From contig JADHVZ010000004.1 of the NCBI GenBank assembly GCA_016783745.1, positions 3,544 to 67,543 on the forward strand: a stretch of 64,000 nucleotides of DNA, given 5' to 3'. A program made the position numbers and the translations under genes. The stretch is from Candidatus Omnitrophota bacterium (GTDB lineage Bacteria; Omnitrophota; Gorgyraeia; JAHIPI01). Shown piece by piece: positions 1 to 9,452 of this stretch. How positions within the stretch are numbered: position 1 is the first letter of the stretch; the number at the start of each line of letters is the position of its first letter. The notes beneath the pieces are model-generated. The model had not been told where the DNA came from, searched no databases, and saw only the letters and a list, made by a program, of their open reading frames with translations.

Positions 1-3000
1 ATAGCGGCCTCACGGATACTATACCGGTTGATACGGTAGAGTATGATGGTACTTTACCGTCAACGGGCCTTAAAGATTCGGAAGGCATAACGATCACTGT
101 GTTGAGCGCCAATGATCCACCCGTCTTAAACCCCATAGGCGATAAGACGGTCAATGAAGATGTATTGCTCGAATTTACTATTACGGCTACGGATGGGGAC
201 GGCGATACACTAACGTACTCGGCATCTAATTTGCCTTCTGGCGCCGCATTCGACGCTCCGACACACACTTTCAGCTGGACGCCTTCCTATAGTAAGGCAG
301 GGGCATATCCGGATGTCCGCTTCAGCGTGGCCGACGGGATAACTACGGATACAGAAAATATAACCATTACCATAAACAACGTAAATCGCGCGCCCGTTTT
401 AAGCGCTATAGGGACAAAGAGTGTTGATGAGGGTGTACTCCTGACGTTTACGATCGCCGCTTCCGACGAAGACGGTGATTCCCTTACATACTCGGCGTCT
501 AGTCTGCCCGCTGGCGCGACATTCAGCGCAGCGGAAAAACGATTTAGCTGGACGCCGACGTTTATTCAAGCAGGCACATATTTAAATGTGCACTTTGAAA
601 TAACAGACGGCAGCATCGCGGATTCGGAAAATATAACTATAACAGTCAATGATGTTAATGCCCCGCCTTCTATGGATCCTATCGGTGATAAGAGCATTGA
701 CGAAGGATCGCTCCTTGAGTTTACGGTTACGGCATCTGATGTCGACGGAGATGCCCTGACGTATTACGCGTTGAATCTGCACTCCGGATCCGCTTTTGAT
801 GTTGATACGCAGGCCTTCAGCTGGACGCCCGGCTATACTGACGCGGGAGTCTACGACGACGTTATATTCATGGCAACCGACGGAGAAGAAGCCGAGGGCG
901 AGACAATAAGTATCACGGTCAGTGACATTAATGTGAAGCCCGTAATAGACTCACTTGACATGACCCCAGCCGCGACTATAAACGAAGGCGAAAGCATCAC
1001 CATTGTTATAAACTCGTCAGATCTTGACGGCGATGAGCTTACCTATTATGTACAAAATGAACCCGACGGTTCCGGTTTTATAGGCAGCGATTTCTACTGG
1101 AGGCCCGGATATGATCAAGCCGGTGAATACGCGGATGTGGAATTTACGGCATATGACGGCGTAGAATATTCAGATCCGTACACAGTGACTATAACCGTTA
1201 ACAATATGAACGATGCTCCGGTATTTATCACAGGCCCCACACTGATGTTATCTTATCAAGCCGGCGGTCAGGCATATGATGCGGCGATAAAAGACGGTTA
1301 TCTGTACACGGCGCACGGCGCGAATGGCTTAAAGGTGCTCGATATAAATAATCTGGACAATATCTATGTGGCGGATGCGATCAACGACTATCTTGCTTTA
1401 GAGGAAGTAGATATAGACGGCGACCTAGCTTATCTTATCGACAGCGGCAGTCTGGTCGAGATATTAGATGTAAGTGTTCCTTCTATGCCGTACAGAGAGG
1501 GAGATATCGTGGAAACGCTTGCCTCGGATGCGGCTACCAAAGATAATACCGCGTATCTGGCTTGCGGCAGCCAGCTTAAACTTTATGATATTACTGACAG
1601 GGATTTTCCGGAAGAAATAGAAGGCGTGGATCTGGGCGAAGCAAATAAAATAGCGGTAAGCGGAGATTACGCATACGCTATAAGCGCGGATGAGGACTTG
1701 AAAATAATAGACACGTTGACAAACCAGACCGTTGCTGCAAAGATATTCCAGGGGGCCGAAGCGCACGACGCTAAAGATATAGCGATTACGGGCAATAGCG
1801 CGTTTATAGCGAAAGATGCCTACGGCATTATCTGCTTTAACACCGAAGACAAAGTAAATCCCTCGGAGACCGGAGAGTTTTACATAGCAAATACTCTGGT
1901 TAAAGAGATATCTTCCTTTGGCGGGAACCGCTTATTCGCTCTCGGGTATCTGCCTGCCAGCAATAAATATAAACTTTTCTACATAGATACAACAGACCGC
2001 GCATCAATGGCTGAGGTCTGGTCGTATTCTTTTGCCGATGGCCTCGCCGTTAATGGTATGCACACGGACGGAAATACTGTATTTATCGCAGACTCAAGTG
2101 GTATGGACATGATCGTTTCTCCTCTTGAAGGCGAATATACCGTTGAAGCAGGGTCTACATTAAAAATAATGATATACGCTCTAGATCCTGACGCCGACAG
2201 CGTAACCTATTCTATGATCAACAAGCCTGAAGTAGACGAGACGGTATTTACCGATAACGAAGACGGGACAGCAACATTTTCGTGGACACCCACGGAGGCT
2301 CAGATAGGCTCTTACGGTGAGATATTCTTTATCGCGGATGATTCCTATCAGGCGGCCTGGTCGAATAGTCTTACTATCACAGTCGCGCAGAATGAAACGG
2401 CTATAATGCCGCCCTCCATTGACGAACACGCGAAGCTGCTCCTGCACTCCAACGGGACGGATGGTTCCACTACATTTACAGATTTAAGCAACTCAAATCA
2501 TACTCTAACAACTAACGGCTCTGCGCAAGTTGATACGGCCGAAAAAAAGTTCGGCACAGCTTCTTTATTACTTAACGGTGCCACCGATTATCTGACTGCT
2601 CCGGATTCGCCCGATTGGGACATATTTACTGCGAATTCTGACGATTGGACAATAGATCTGTGGATTAATCTGGCTAATGTAGGGCGCGACCATACACTTG
2701 TAAGCCAACGTTCCGGATATTACGATTATTGGATATTGGTACTTGGCTACAATCAGAAACTTAAATTTATGGCTCAAGATTCTTCTTTAGAGGTGTTTTC
2801 GCAGAGTAATGCGTTGTCCATCTTTGATAGTTGGCATCATGTTGTTCTTTGCAAGGTTGGGACTAAAGTCGCTTGTTACCTTGACGGCCAACAAGTTAGC
2901 TATAAAGAATTTGATCATAGTTTTAATTTTGTCGCTCCATTAGCAGTGGGGGCAAATTACCATCCTGGTAAAGGATGGCAAGATTTTGCTTCAGGCCATA

Positions 3001-3104
3001 TGGATGAGATAAGAATATCGCACAGCAATTATTTCAATGCCTCGCCTGATAGCGGCCTTTCGGATACTATACCGGTTGAGAGACAAGAGTACGCTGTAGA
3101 GTAA
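1..3104 (+). CDS. giant cell-surface repeat protein, 5'-partial (frame open to nt 1; codons phase from nt 3): four tandem He_PIG/cadherin-like Ig repeats, LVIVD beta-propeller-type repeats, a fifth Ig repeat and a C-terminal LamG/concanavalin A-like lectin domain
   Basis: ORF track starts at GTG 99, but the same frame has no stop back to nt 1, so the gene continues upstream. About 95-aa repeats 'P(V/S)(L/M)xPIGDK(T/S)(V/I)xE(D/G)xLLxFT(I/V)xAxDxDGD(T/S)LTY...FSWTP...AG(A/T)Y' recur four times. The middle has 'LxILDVS / LKLYDITD / LKIIDT' LVIVD-like repeats. The C-terminus has 'LLLHSNGTDGSTTFTDLSNSNHTLT...SLLLNGATDYLT...WTIDLWINL', a LamG_3-like jelly roll. Nt 1-33 nearly duplicate nt 3046-3078 (see findings). 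Confidence 0.7.
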   Translation, partial: SGLTDTIPVDTVEYDGTLPSTGLKDSEGITITVLSANDPPVLNPIGDKTVNEDVLLEFTITATDGDGDTLTYSASNLPSGAAFDAPTHTFSWTPSYSKAGAYPDVRFSVADGITTDTENITITINNVNRAPVLSAIGTKSVDEGVLLTFTIAASDEDGDSLTYSASSLPAGATFSAAEKRFSWTPTFIQAGTYLNVHFEITDGSIADSENITITVNDVNAPPSMDPIGDKSIDEGSLLEFTVTASDVDGDALTYYALNLHSGSAFDVDTQAFSWTPGYTDAGVYDDVIFMATDGEEAEGETISITVSDINVKPVIDSLDMTPAATINEGESITIVINSSDLDGDELTYYVQNEPDGSGFIGSDFYWRPGYDQAGEYADVEFTAYDGVEYSDPYTVTITVNNMNDAPVFITGPTLMLSYQAGGQAYDAAIKDGYLYTAHGANGLKVLDINNLDNIYVADAINDYLALEEVDIDGDLAYLIDSGSLVEILDVSVPSMPYREGDIVETLASDAATKDNTAYLACGSQLKLYDITDRDFPEEIEGVDLGEANKIAVSGDYAYAISADEDLKIIDTLTNQTVAAKIFQGAEAHDAKDIAITGNSAFIAKDAYGIICFNTEDKVNPSETGEFYIANTLVKEISSFGGNRLFALGYLPASNKYKLFYIDTTDRASMAEVWSYSFADGLAVNGMHTDGNTVFIADSSGMDMIVSPLEGEYTVEAGSTLKIMIYALDPDADSVTYSMINKPEVDETVFTDNEDGTATFSWTPTEAQIGSYGEIFFIADDSYQAAWSNSLTITVAQNETAIMPPSIDEHAKLLLHSNGTDGSTTFTDLSNSNHTLTTNGSAQVDTAEKKFGTASLLLNGATDYLTAPDSPDWDIFTANSDDWTIDLWINLANVGRDHTLVSQRSGYYDYWILVLGYNQKLKFMAQDSSLEVFSQSNALSIFDSWHHVVLCKVGTKVACYLDGQQVSYKEFDHSFNFVAPLAVGANYHPGKGWQDFASGHMDEIRISHSNYFNASPDSGLSDTIPVERQEYAVE

Positions 3105-3163
3105 CCCGCCGTTTGTCAAGTATTTTTTCTCCCATTTAAAATTACCAAGTCCAAATTATACTA

Positions 3164-3239
3164 TTGAAGTGGATTTGTATTATGATATAATAATATACTA
3201 GATAATATGGTAATATAGTTAAGGGAATAAATAAGGAGG
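3164..3239 (+). promoter_or_regulatory. putative sigma70-type promoter (-35 TTGAAG 3164-3169, 16-nt spacer, -10 TATAAT 3186-3191) plus Shine-Dalgarno AAGGAGG 3233-3239 for the Wzz-like gene
   Basis: The 142-bp gap 3105-3246 is AT-rich, the only such gap in the first 24 kb. Hexamers are read directly from the sequence with canonical spacing. The SD lies 7 nt upstream of ATG 3247. Confidence 0.4.
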
Positions 3240-3246
3240 AACTGGT

Positions 3247-4257
3247 ATGGAGCAAATAGAACAGGAAATAAATATACGCGAACTCATTTATACAATAGTG
3301 GAGAAAAAATGGCTGGTAATAGCCGTTTTTTTAATATCGGTTATACCGGCAATCTTGATAAGTTTGGCCATGCCACATATATATGAACTCTCCATGTTTT
3401 TAGAGCCCACTTTCATTGACATGACCGACCAGGGGCAATATCTGAAAATAGACGCGCCCCAAAATATTCGAGCCAAGATCCAGGAAAATACTTACAATTT
3501 AAAGGTGATTCATGCGTTAAATCTCGATCCGGATCAGGCCAAGCTGCGATTCGATGTCTCACAACCTGCTGGATCAAATTTGGTAAAGATCAGCATGAGG
3601 GAGAAGGCGGATAACGTAGAAATGGGGATCAAGATCCTTCATGCGCTATATGCGGAGCTGCTAAATGACTATAAGGGGATAATCGACTATAAAAAAGGCA
3701 TCTTTGAAAAGCAGATAATCGCTACCTCGGCATTTATAGCTGCTAAAAAAAAGAGCATAACGATGTTTGAACAGGAATTAATAAGTCTGAAAAACAGAGA
3801 AAATGCATTAGACATAGATTTAAAAGACGCAAAAGCCGGCTTTAGAAAAATTTTAGAAAATTCGGATAGGTTGATTTCAGAAAAGGATAACTTATCAACA
3901 TCTAATGTTGGCGACAACTTTTTTGAGCTGTATTCCAATGTCCTTGTCAGCAATATTCAGTGCATAGACAGCTTAAATTCTCATCTTGCGGAAACAGGTA
4001 AGGAAAAAATAAAGACTTTGGCCGCAATGGTAGATTTGGACGAGGAGATCAACGATCTACAGCTTCAGATGGAAGAGGCTCGCTTTAAAAAGGAGAGTAT
4101 CCAAAACATCAAATTACTCCAGGAGCCTGAAGTCTCATTGTTGCCTGTCGGCCCAAATAAGACTAAGAATGTAGCGATTGCCGGTGGGGCAGGCCTGATT
4201 TTCGGTATATTCCTGGTATTTTTTATGAAGTTCTGGGAAGGCTACAAGCGGAAGTAA
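3247..4257 (+). CDS. polysaccharide co-polymerase / chain-length determinant (Wzz, PCP-1-like)
   Basis: 336 aa with an N-terminal TM 'WLVIAVFLISVIPAILISLAM' and a long coiled-coil periplasmic region. The C-terminal proline/glycine motif 'LLPVGPNKTKNVAIAGGAGLIFGIFLVFF' (PxxP...GxGxxxG) precedes the second TM, which is the typical Wzz topology. Confidence 0.65.
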   Translation: MEQIEQEINIRELIYTIVEKKWLVIAVFLISVIPAILISLAMPHIYELSMFLEPTFIDMTDQGQYLKIDAPQNIRAKIQENTYNLKVIHALNLDPDQAKLRFDVSQPAGSNLVKISMREKADNVEMGIKILHALYAELLNDYKGIIDYKKGIFEKQIIATSAFIAAKKKSITMFEQELISLKNRENALDIDLKDAKAGFRKILENSDRLISEKDNLSTSNVGDNFFELYSNVLVSNIQCIDSLNSHLAETGKEKIKTLAAMVDLDEEINDLQLQMEEARFKKESIQNIKLLQEPEVSLLPVGPNKTKNVAIAGGAGLIFGIFLVFFMKFWEGYKRK

Positions 4258-4271
4258 TCGCGGGTATTGGA

Positions 4272-5465
4272 ATGAGTCGCAAAAAGGTTTCGGTTTTAAC
4301 ATTTTGTTTATTTGTCATATTATTTTTTATACTTACAGGCGCGTATATAAATAGCACCGATTTCTTCCGGAGGATAGCAGCGGATCATTGTAAGGCGAGC
4401 GGCCGGTATCCCCAAGCTATAGCCTTTTATAAAAAGATCATCAGGAAAGACAGTGTAAAAAAACATCTTATAGGCAGCGATTTTGCGAGTGTTAATTTCA
4501 ATTTAGGCTATTTGTATGCGCAAATAGGTCTCACAAATTCAGCGATCGAATCTTATGCCAGCGGAAGCGCAAGATCCATCGATATTAAAACCGAGGACTA
4601 TTATAGCGGTGACCTGGAAAAGGATAGATTGATAGCGGTTGGATTGCTGGAGGCCGGCAACTGGGATGCCGCTATAGATGAGTTCCAAAAGATGAAGCGG
4701 CGCTATCCCCGATCAGCCGATATCGATTCGTATCTTCGTACTGCAGATTCCTTAAAGCAGGAGGGTATTGCCTCCGGCAGAAGGGATATCTTTTTCGATA
4801 TAGGAGACGCTTATATCAGGAACCGATTATTTGATGAGGCCAGGCCCTTTTTTACCAGGAGAATATTGGATTATGGTGTCCACCCCCTGGAGGTATTGAG
4901 GCATCTCCGTAGAGCATATTACGCGGATCCGGATATCAAGCAGAAGGTCTGGGGGGATGAGATCTATGTCACACTGGAGGACTTTGAAAGGATCAAACCG
5001 CATTTAAAGAGATGGATCACCCAGGCAAGGCCGAGAACTAATGATCACCATATATCTGATGAAGTCGCTTTCAAAGGGGCTCGCTCGGAATTTTTGGACA
5101 TCCTTTATTCCAAAAAAGATTACGATTACTGGATAGTAGATGTGGATATTCCATTAGATGGCGATCTGCCGTTAGGACTGCGGGTGTTCGTAAAGAGTAA
5201 AGAGCGTTTCATAGGCCATCTTAAAGAGAACATCATCTATTCAGGAGGGAAAGGAAGCAGTGTCATAGAGCGGCCTGACGTCAAAATAAATGCCGGTGAC
5301 GGCTGGGAGATGCAAAGGACAGTAGGCCTCTATGAAAAGGCACAAGCCATAGGAGAGGAAATCGGCTGCGGCGGTTGTACGATCAAGATGGATAAGGTCA
5401 TTATAGATACTGCGGGAGGTTCCAATCAATTTTATGTCGATGATATTGAGTTATTCATTGAATAA
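4272..5465 (+). CDS. hypothetical membrane-anchored protein with TPR-like helical N-terminal region
   Basis: N-terminal hydrophobic anchor 'VSVLTFCLFVILFFILTGAY'. Helical repeat-like stretches follow ('AIAFYKKIIRKD...LGYLYAQIGLTNSAIESY'). No catalytic motif was recognised. Confidence 0.3.
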   Translation: MSRKKVSVLTFCLFVILFFILTGAYINSTDFFRRIAADHCKASGRYPQAIAFYKKIIRKDSVKKHLIGSDFASVNFNLGYLYAQIGLTNSAIESYASGSARSIDIKTEDYYSGDLEKDRLIAVGLLEAGNWDAAIDEFQKMKRRYPRSADIDSYLRTADSLKQEGIASGRRDIFFDIGDAYIRNRLFDEARPFFTRRILDYGVHPLEVLRHLRRAYYADPDIKQKVWGDEIYVTLEDFERIKPHLKRWITQARPRTNDHHISDEVAFKGARSEFLDILYSKKDYDYWIVDVDIPLDGDLPLGLRVFVKSKERFIGHLKENIIYSGGKGSSVIERPDVKINAGDGWEMQRTVGLYEKAQAIGEEIGCGGCTIKMDKVIIDTAGGSNQFYVDDIELFIE

Positions 5466-5473
5466 CATAGGGT

Positions 5474-6493
5474 ATGGGTTTTGAGATGCGGAGAAAAGTT
5501 TTCATAATAGCGGAAATAGGAAATCTTCATGACGGCTCATTAGACATGGCGAAGTCTTTCATCAGAGAAGTCGCCGGTTGCGGCGCGGATGCGATAAAGT
5601 TTCAAACACATATATTTAAAGCCGAAAGCCTGCCGGATGCCCCTAATCCTCCTTACTTCAAAAATGAAAGCAGAAAAGAGTATTTTGAAAGGACGGCTTT
5701 TAATCTGAAGCAGTGGGAAATGATCAAAAAGTTTACCGAGAATGAGTGCGGGCTGGAATTCATATCTTCTCCCTTTTCCCCGGAGGCCGTTGATTTGCTT
5801 GAGAAGCTGAGGGTCAGGACGTATAAAATCCCTTCGGGGGAGGTCACGAATGCGCCCCTGCTTTTAAAGATAGCCAAAACCGGTAAAAGGGTACTGCTTT
5901 CCAGCGGAATGAGTTCATGGGATGAGCTTGACCATGCTGTGAAAACATTGAAAAGAAACGGCTGCCCTAAGCCCGTAATATTACAGTGTACTTCCGAATA
6001 CCCCTGTCCGCCGCACAAGGTCGGGCTTAACGTCCTTCTGGAAATGAAGGAGAGGTATAAGCTGCCCGTAGGCTTGTCTGACCACACATTAGGCATAGCT
6101 TGTTCCATAGCTGCGGTCGCCCTTGGCGCGGAAGTAATAGAGAGGCACTTTACGCTCTCGAAGTCCATGTACGGAACGGATGCCGGGCATTCTTTGGAGC
6201 CCGGTGATCTCAAACTTCTTGTGAAAAACATAAGGGAGCTTGAAGCCGCCCTGTCCGCTAAAATAAATAAGGATATAACGGCTAAAGAAACGGCCGGTAT
6301 GAAGACGGTATTTGAAAAATCAATAGTCGCCGCTGCCCGCATAGAGAAAGGGACTGTCCTTAAAGAAGGGCATTTAGCTTATAAGAAGCCGGGCGACGGG
6401 ATACGGGCCGATAGATACAGGGAGATCATAGGAAAAACGGCGAAGACGGATATCGCCAGCGATACTAAAATAGACAGGAAGATGCTCAAGTGA
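5474..6493 (+). CDS. NeuB-family (non)ulosonic acid synthase, paralog 1 (N-acylneuraminate/legionaminate/pseudaminate synthase type), with C-terminal SAF domain
   Basis: 'KVFIIAEIGNLHDGSLDMAKSFIREVAGCGADAIKFQTH...LSSGMSSWDELDHAV...CTSEYPCPPHKVGLNVL...SDHTLG' match the NeuB TIM-barrel signature. The C-terminal 'SIVAAARIEKGTVLKEGHLAYKKPGDGI' is an SAF/antifreeze-like domain. Confidence 0.85.
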   Translation: MGFEMRRKVFIIAEIGNLHDGSLDMAKSFIREVAGCGADAIKFQTHIFKAESLPDAPNPPYFKNESRKEYFERTAFNLKQWEMIKKFTENECGLEFISSPFSPEAVDLLEKLRVRTYKIPSGEVTNAPLLLKIAKTGKRVLLSSGMSSWDELDHAVKTLKRNGCPKPVILQCTSEYPCPPHKVGLNVLLEMKERYKLPVGLSDHTLGIACSIAAVALGAEVIERHFTLSKSMYGTDAGHSLEPGDLKLLVKNIRELEAALSAKINKDITAKETAGMKTVFEKSIVAAARIEKGTVLKEGHLAYKKPGDGIRADRYREIIGKTAKTDIASDTKIDRKMLK

Positions 6494-7680
6494 AAAAGAA
6501 AAAAATAGGGCTTATTATAGGCAGCAGGGCGAATTACGCGAGTATAAAATCAGTTATAAGCCATATCTCAAAGCGCCGGGATTCGATGGAATTATTGATT
6601 TTTGTGGGTGCCTCCGCACTGCTGGAGAGGTACGGCCGGGTGGCGGATCTGGTAGAAGAGGATGGTTTTTCCATTACGGAGAAATTCTATATCCTGGTCG
6701 AAGGGGAAAATCCTCAGACCATGGCCATGTCAGTAGGATTGGGCATGATCGAGCTGGCCGGGCTGTTCATGAACCATAAACCGGATGTCGTGATAACAGT
6801 GGGCGACAGGTTTGAGACTATAGCTACGGCAGTCACAGCTTCTTATATGAACATCCACCTGGCTCATACGATGGGAGGCGAAATTTCCGGCACGATAGAT
6901 GAAAGCATAAGGCACGCTGTTACCAAGTTTTCCCATATTCATTTTCCGGCCAACAAAGAGGCAGCCGGAAGGATCATAAGAATGGGGGAGGACCCCGGCC
7001 ACGTTTTTGTTACGGGTTGTCCGAGGATAGACCTTGTAAAAGAGCTGATAGAGGAAAACAGGAACGGCGGCGGAATAGATAAAAATGAATTTTGGAAAAA
7101 ATACAAAGGCGTTGGAGAAGAATTCGACTTGGAGAAAGAGAGATTTTTACTGGTCTCCCAGCACCCCGTGACCACGGAATATGGTATGAACAGGGCCCGG
7201 ATGAGAGAGACGCTGATGGCCCTTTACAGTAAAAGGATGCCCACGATCTTACTCTGGCCGAATGCCGATGCCGGCTCGGATGAGATCTCCAAAGAGATAA
7301 GGACCTTCAGGGAGAAATATAAACCCGATGGTTGGCTGCACCTTTTTAAAAACCTTCCGATAGAAATATATACGAAATTGATGGATATGTGCGCCTGTAT
7401 GGTGGGGAATTCCAGCAGCGCCCTGAGAGAAGGCGCTATTGTCGGCGTGCCCGCAGTGAATATCGGGACGCGGCAGCAGGGAAGAAGCAGGGGAAAAAAT
7501 ATCGTGGACGCGGACTATGATAGAGAAAAAATCTTAGACGCGATGAATGGGCAGCTGAAAAATAGTAAGTTTGAACCCGATTATCTATATGGCGACGGCA
7601 AGGCCGGGGAGAAAATCGCGAAGATCCTGGCGGAAATAGATTTGAATAAAATCTATCTCCAAAAGAAGTTTATTGTTTAA
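6490..7680 (+). CDS. neuC: UDP-N-acetylglucosamine 2-epimerase (hydrolysing), NeuC/LegG-like
   Basis: 'IGLIIGSRANYASIKSV...DVVITVGDRFETIATAVTASYMNIHLAHTMGGEISGTIDESIRHAVTKFSHIHF...VTGCPRIDL' are typical of the NeuC/UDP-GlcNAc 2-epimerase family. Confidence 0.8.
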   Translation: MKKKKIGLIIGSRANYASIKSVISHISKRRDSMELLIFVGASALLERYGRVADLVEEDGFSITEKFYILVEGENPQTMAMSVGLGMIELAGLFMNHKPDVVITVGDRFETIATAVTASYMNIHLAHTMGGEISGTIDESIRHAVTKFSHIHFPANKEAAGRIIRMGEDPGHVFVTGCPRIDLVKELIEENRNGGGIDKNEFWKKYKGVGEEFDLEKERFLLVSQHPVTTEYGMNRARMRETLMALYSKRMPTILLWPNADAGSDEISKEIRTFREKYKPDGWLHLFKNLPIEIYTKLMDMCACMVGNSSSALREGAIVGVPAVNIGTRQQGRSRGKNIVDADYDREKILDAMNGQLKNSKFEPDYLYGDGKAGEKIAKILAEIDLNKIYLQKKFIV

Positions 7681-8725
7681 CGTACGGCTGTATAAAGGCG
7701 GCAGAATGTTTGTTTCTTATAAGCATATTTGTGATTATCAATCCGTTGATATAGGCAGGCTCAGGGGCAAGGGGAGTTATAAAACCTTGATGGAAAAAAG
7801 GGCCTACTTTTTAAAGATAGTCGGAGACAGGGATCAAAAAGTGAGAGGCGAATTTTTACAGGAGAGGCTTTGCCCTTTATGCGACGCGGACGATCATCGA
7901 TGTATTTTGGAAAAGGACGGCTTAAAAATAGTCAAATGCAGTAAGTGTGAAATGATCTATGTGAACCCGGTTTTAAGCACTGCCGCCCTGGAAAAGATAT
8001 ATAAACATGAAGATTATTCCGAAATAATGGAAAAGCTTCAGGGGGAATCCCATCAGTATAGAAAATCACGTTTCGGAAAAGAGCGGGTGGAAACGGTAAA
8101 AAGACTGCGGGATGATAGGCTGGATTTTAAAAAATGGCTGGATATAGGATGCAGTACCGGCTTTGTCTTAGAGGCCGCCAAGGAAGAGGGGTGGGATGCG
8201 GTAGGCGTAGAATTAAACCCCTATGCCGTACGGTTTGCCCGGGGGAGAGGCATAAAGGTCATCGACAGGGATTATCTGGGGATACGATTCGGCGAGTCCG
8301 AATTTTCGGAAATAACGATATTTGATGTTTTGGAGCATCTGCCGAATCCGAGTGATGTCCTGAGGAAGGCTTTTAAAGAATTAACCCAATACGGAGGCGT
8401 GTATATTTACGTACCGAACTGGGAATCCGCGAGTAGGATTTTAATGGGGGACGACGCCCATTTCATATGGCCTTCTCACCATTTGGCTTATTTTACCCCA
8501 TTTACCGTGACTAAGATGCTGGAAAGCATAGGCTTTGAAGTGATCCGCGTGGAGACTGAGGGCCTTGATATTTTTGATTATATCTGGTTTTTGAAAGATA
8601 GAGATAATGAAAAACCGGTTTCTTATTTGGAGGAAATAGCCGACAAGCTTCAATTTTTTATCAACGCGGGGCTTTACGGCAAGAATCTGAGGGTATACGC
8701 TAAAAAGACCGGTGGAAAAGGCTGA
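7673..8725 (+). CDS. class I SAM-dependent methyltransferase with N-terminal CxxC...CxxC zinc-ribbon (start ambiguous: TTG 7673, ATG 7706 or ATG 7790)
   Basis: 'CPLCDAD...CSKCEM' zinc ribbon. 'LDIGCSTGFVLEAAKEEGWDAVGVELNP' is motif I, and 'IFDVLEHLPNP' is motif II/post-I. Confidence 0.75.
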   Translation: MFNVRLYKGGRMFVSYKHICDYQSVDIGRLRGKGSYKTLMEKRAYFLKIVGDRDQKVRGEFLQERLCPLCDADDHRCILEKDGLKIVKCSKCEMIYVNPVLSTAALEKIYKHEDYSEIMEKLQGESHQYRKSRFGKERVETVKRLRDDRLDFKKWLDIGCSTGFVLEAAKEEGWDAVGVELNPYAVRFARGRGIKVIDRDYLGIRFGESEFSEITIFDVLEHLPNPSDVLRKAFKELTQYGGVYIYVPNWESASRILMGDDAHFIWPSHHLAYFTPFTVTKMLESIGFEVIRVETEGLDIFDYIWFLKDRDNEKPVSYLEEIADKLQFFINAGLYGKNLRVYAKKTGGKG

Positions 8726-9452
8726 TATGGAAAAGAACGCCAAGCGGGAAGTCTTAGCTGTTATTCCGGCGCGCGGCGGATCAAAGGGGATCCCGGGAAA
8801 GAATCTTACGCCTTTATGCGGAAGGCCGTTGATCCAATACACTATCGATGCCGCAAGAAGCAGCGCGTTTATCAGCCGCATTATCGTATCGAGTGATGAC
8901 GATGAGATAATCAGCCATTGCCAAAGGCAGAATATAGAGGCCCCCTTCAAGAGGCCCGCGGAATACGGCCGGGATGACGCGCCGATGATAGACGTGATCA
9001 GGCACGCGCTGTCATATTTAAAAAAAAATCAGGATTATAGCCCCGATTTCATAGTATTGCTCCAGCCGACTTCTCCTTTAAGGCAATCGAGGCATATTGA
9101 TGAGGCGCTGGAGGCTCTTATGCGCTCCGATGCCGATTCCGTGGTAAGCATCACGGAAGTGCCTCATAATTTCAATCCATACTCATTGATGAAGCTTGAA
9201 AACGGGCTTTTGAAACCGTTTCTTGATTATGACGAAAAAAACAACCAGAGGCAGAAAAAACCAAAATTTTACGCGCGAAACGGCGCCGCGATATACGCCT
9301 TTACCTATAGGTGCATAGCCGAAAAAGAGAGCATCTACGGGGATAAGATCCTGCCGTATTTTATGGGCAGGGACGAGTCTGTGGACATAGATTCGATCTT
9401 TGACCTGAAGTCGGCGGAAATATTATTGAATAAGAGAGAACGGATGCCATGA
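8712..9452 (+). CDS. acylneuraminate cytidylyltransferase-family CMP-sugar synthetase (NeuA-like), paralog 1
   Basis: 'VLAVIPARGGSKGIPGKNLTPLCGRPLIQYTID...LLQPTSPLR' is the CTP_transf_3 signature. Confidence 0.85.
   Translation: MEKADMEKNAKREVLAVIPARGGSKGIPGKNLTPLCGRPLIQYTIDAARSSAFISRIIVSSDDDEIISHCQRQNIEAPFKRPAEYGRDDAPMIDVIRHALSYLKKNQDYSPDFIVLLQPTSPLRQSRHIDEALEALMRSDADSVVSITEVPHNFNPYSLMKLENGLLKPFLDYDEKNNQRQKKPKFYARNGAAIYAFTYRCIAEKESIYGDKILPYFMGRDESVDIDSIFDLKSAEILLNKRERMP

Noticed and set aside
99-3104. Treating the first gene as complete from GTG 99
   Set aside because: The same frame is open back to nt 1 and the first 98 nt encode sequence that continues the repeat pattern, so the gene is 5'-truncated by the window edge.
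3105-3163. Possible rho-independent terminator after the surface-protein gene (T-run at 3122-3129)
   Set aside because: No convincing GC-rich stem precedes the T-run on inspection, so it is left uncalled.
5653-6342. 229-aa minus-strand ORF inside NeuB paralog 1. Similar long antisense ORFs occur at 8441-8950, 9361-9891, 11705-12187, 34048-34614, 34622-35107, 35594-36043, 36027-36449, 44161-44595 and 47747-48097.
   Set aside because: All lie entirely antisense to strong + strand genes with recognisable catalytic motifs. Their translations are low-complexity (S/P/R-rich) with no motif. They are typical shadow ORFs.
8134-8325. 63-aa + strand ORF in alternative frame inside the methyltransferase gene. 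Similar cases are 11612-11833, 15170-15409, 19346-19591, 23460-23645, 25478-25666, 28983-29291, 31247-31447, 33825-34010, 34498-34683, 42810-43055, 43989-44189, 45287-45475 and 50137-50328.
   Set aside because: These are embedded out-of-frame within well-supported longer genes, with Arg/Gly-rich composition typical of off-frame GC-rich translation.
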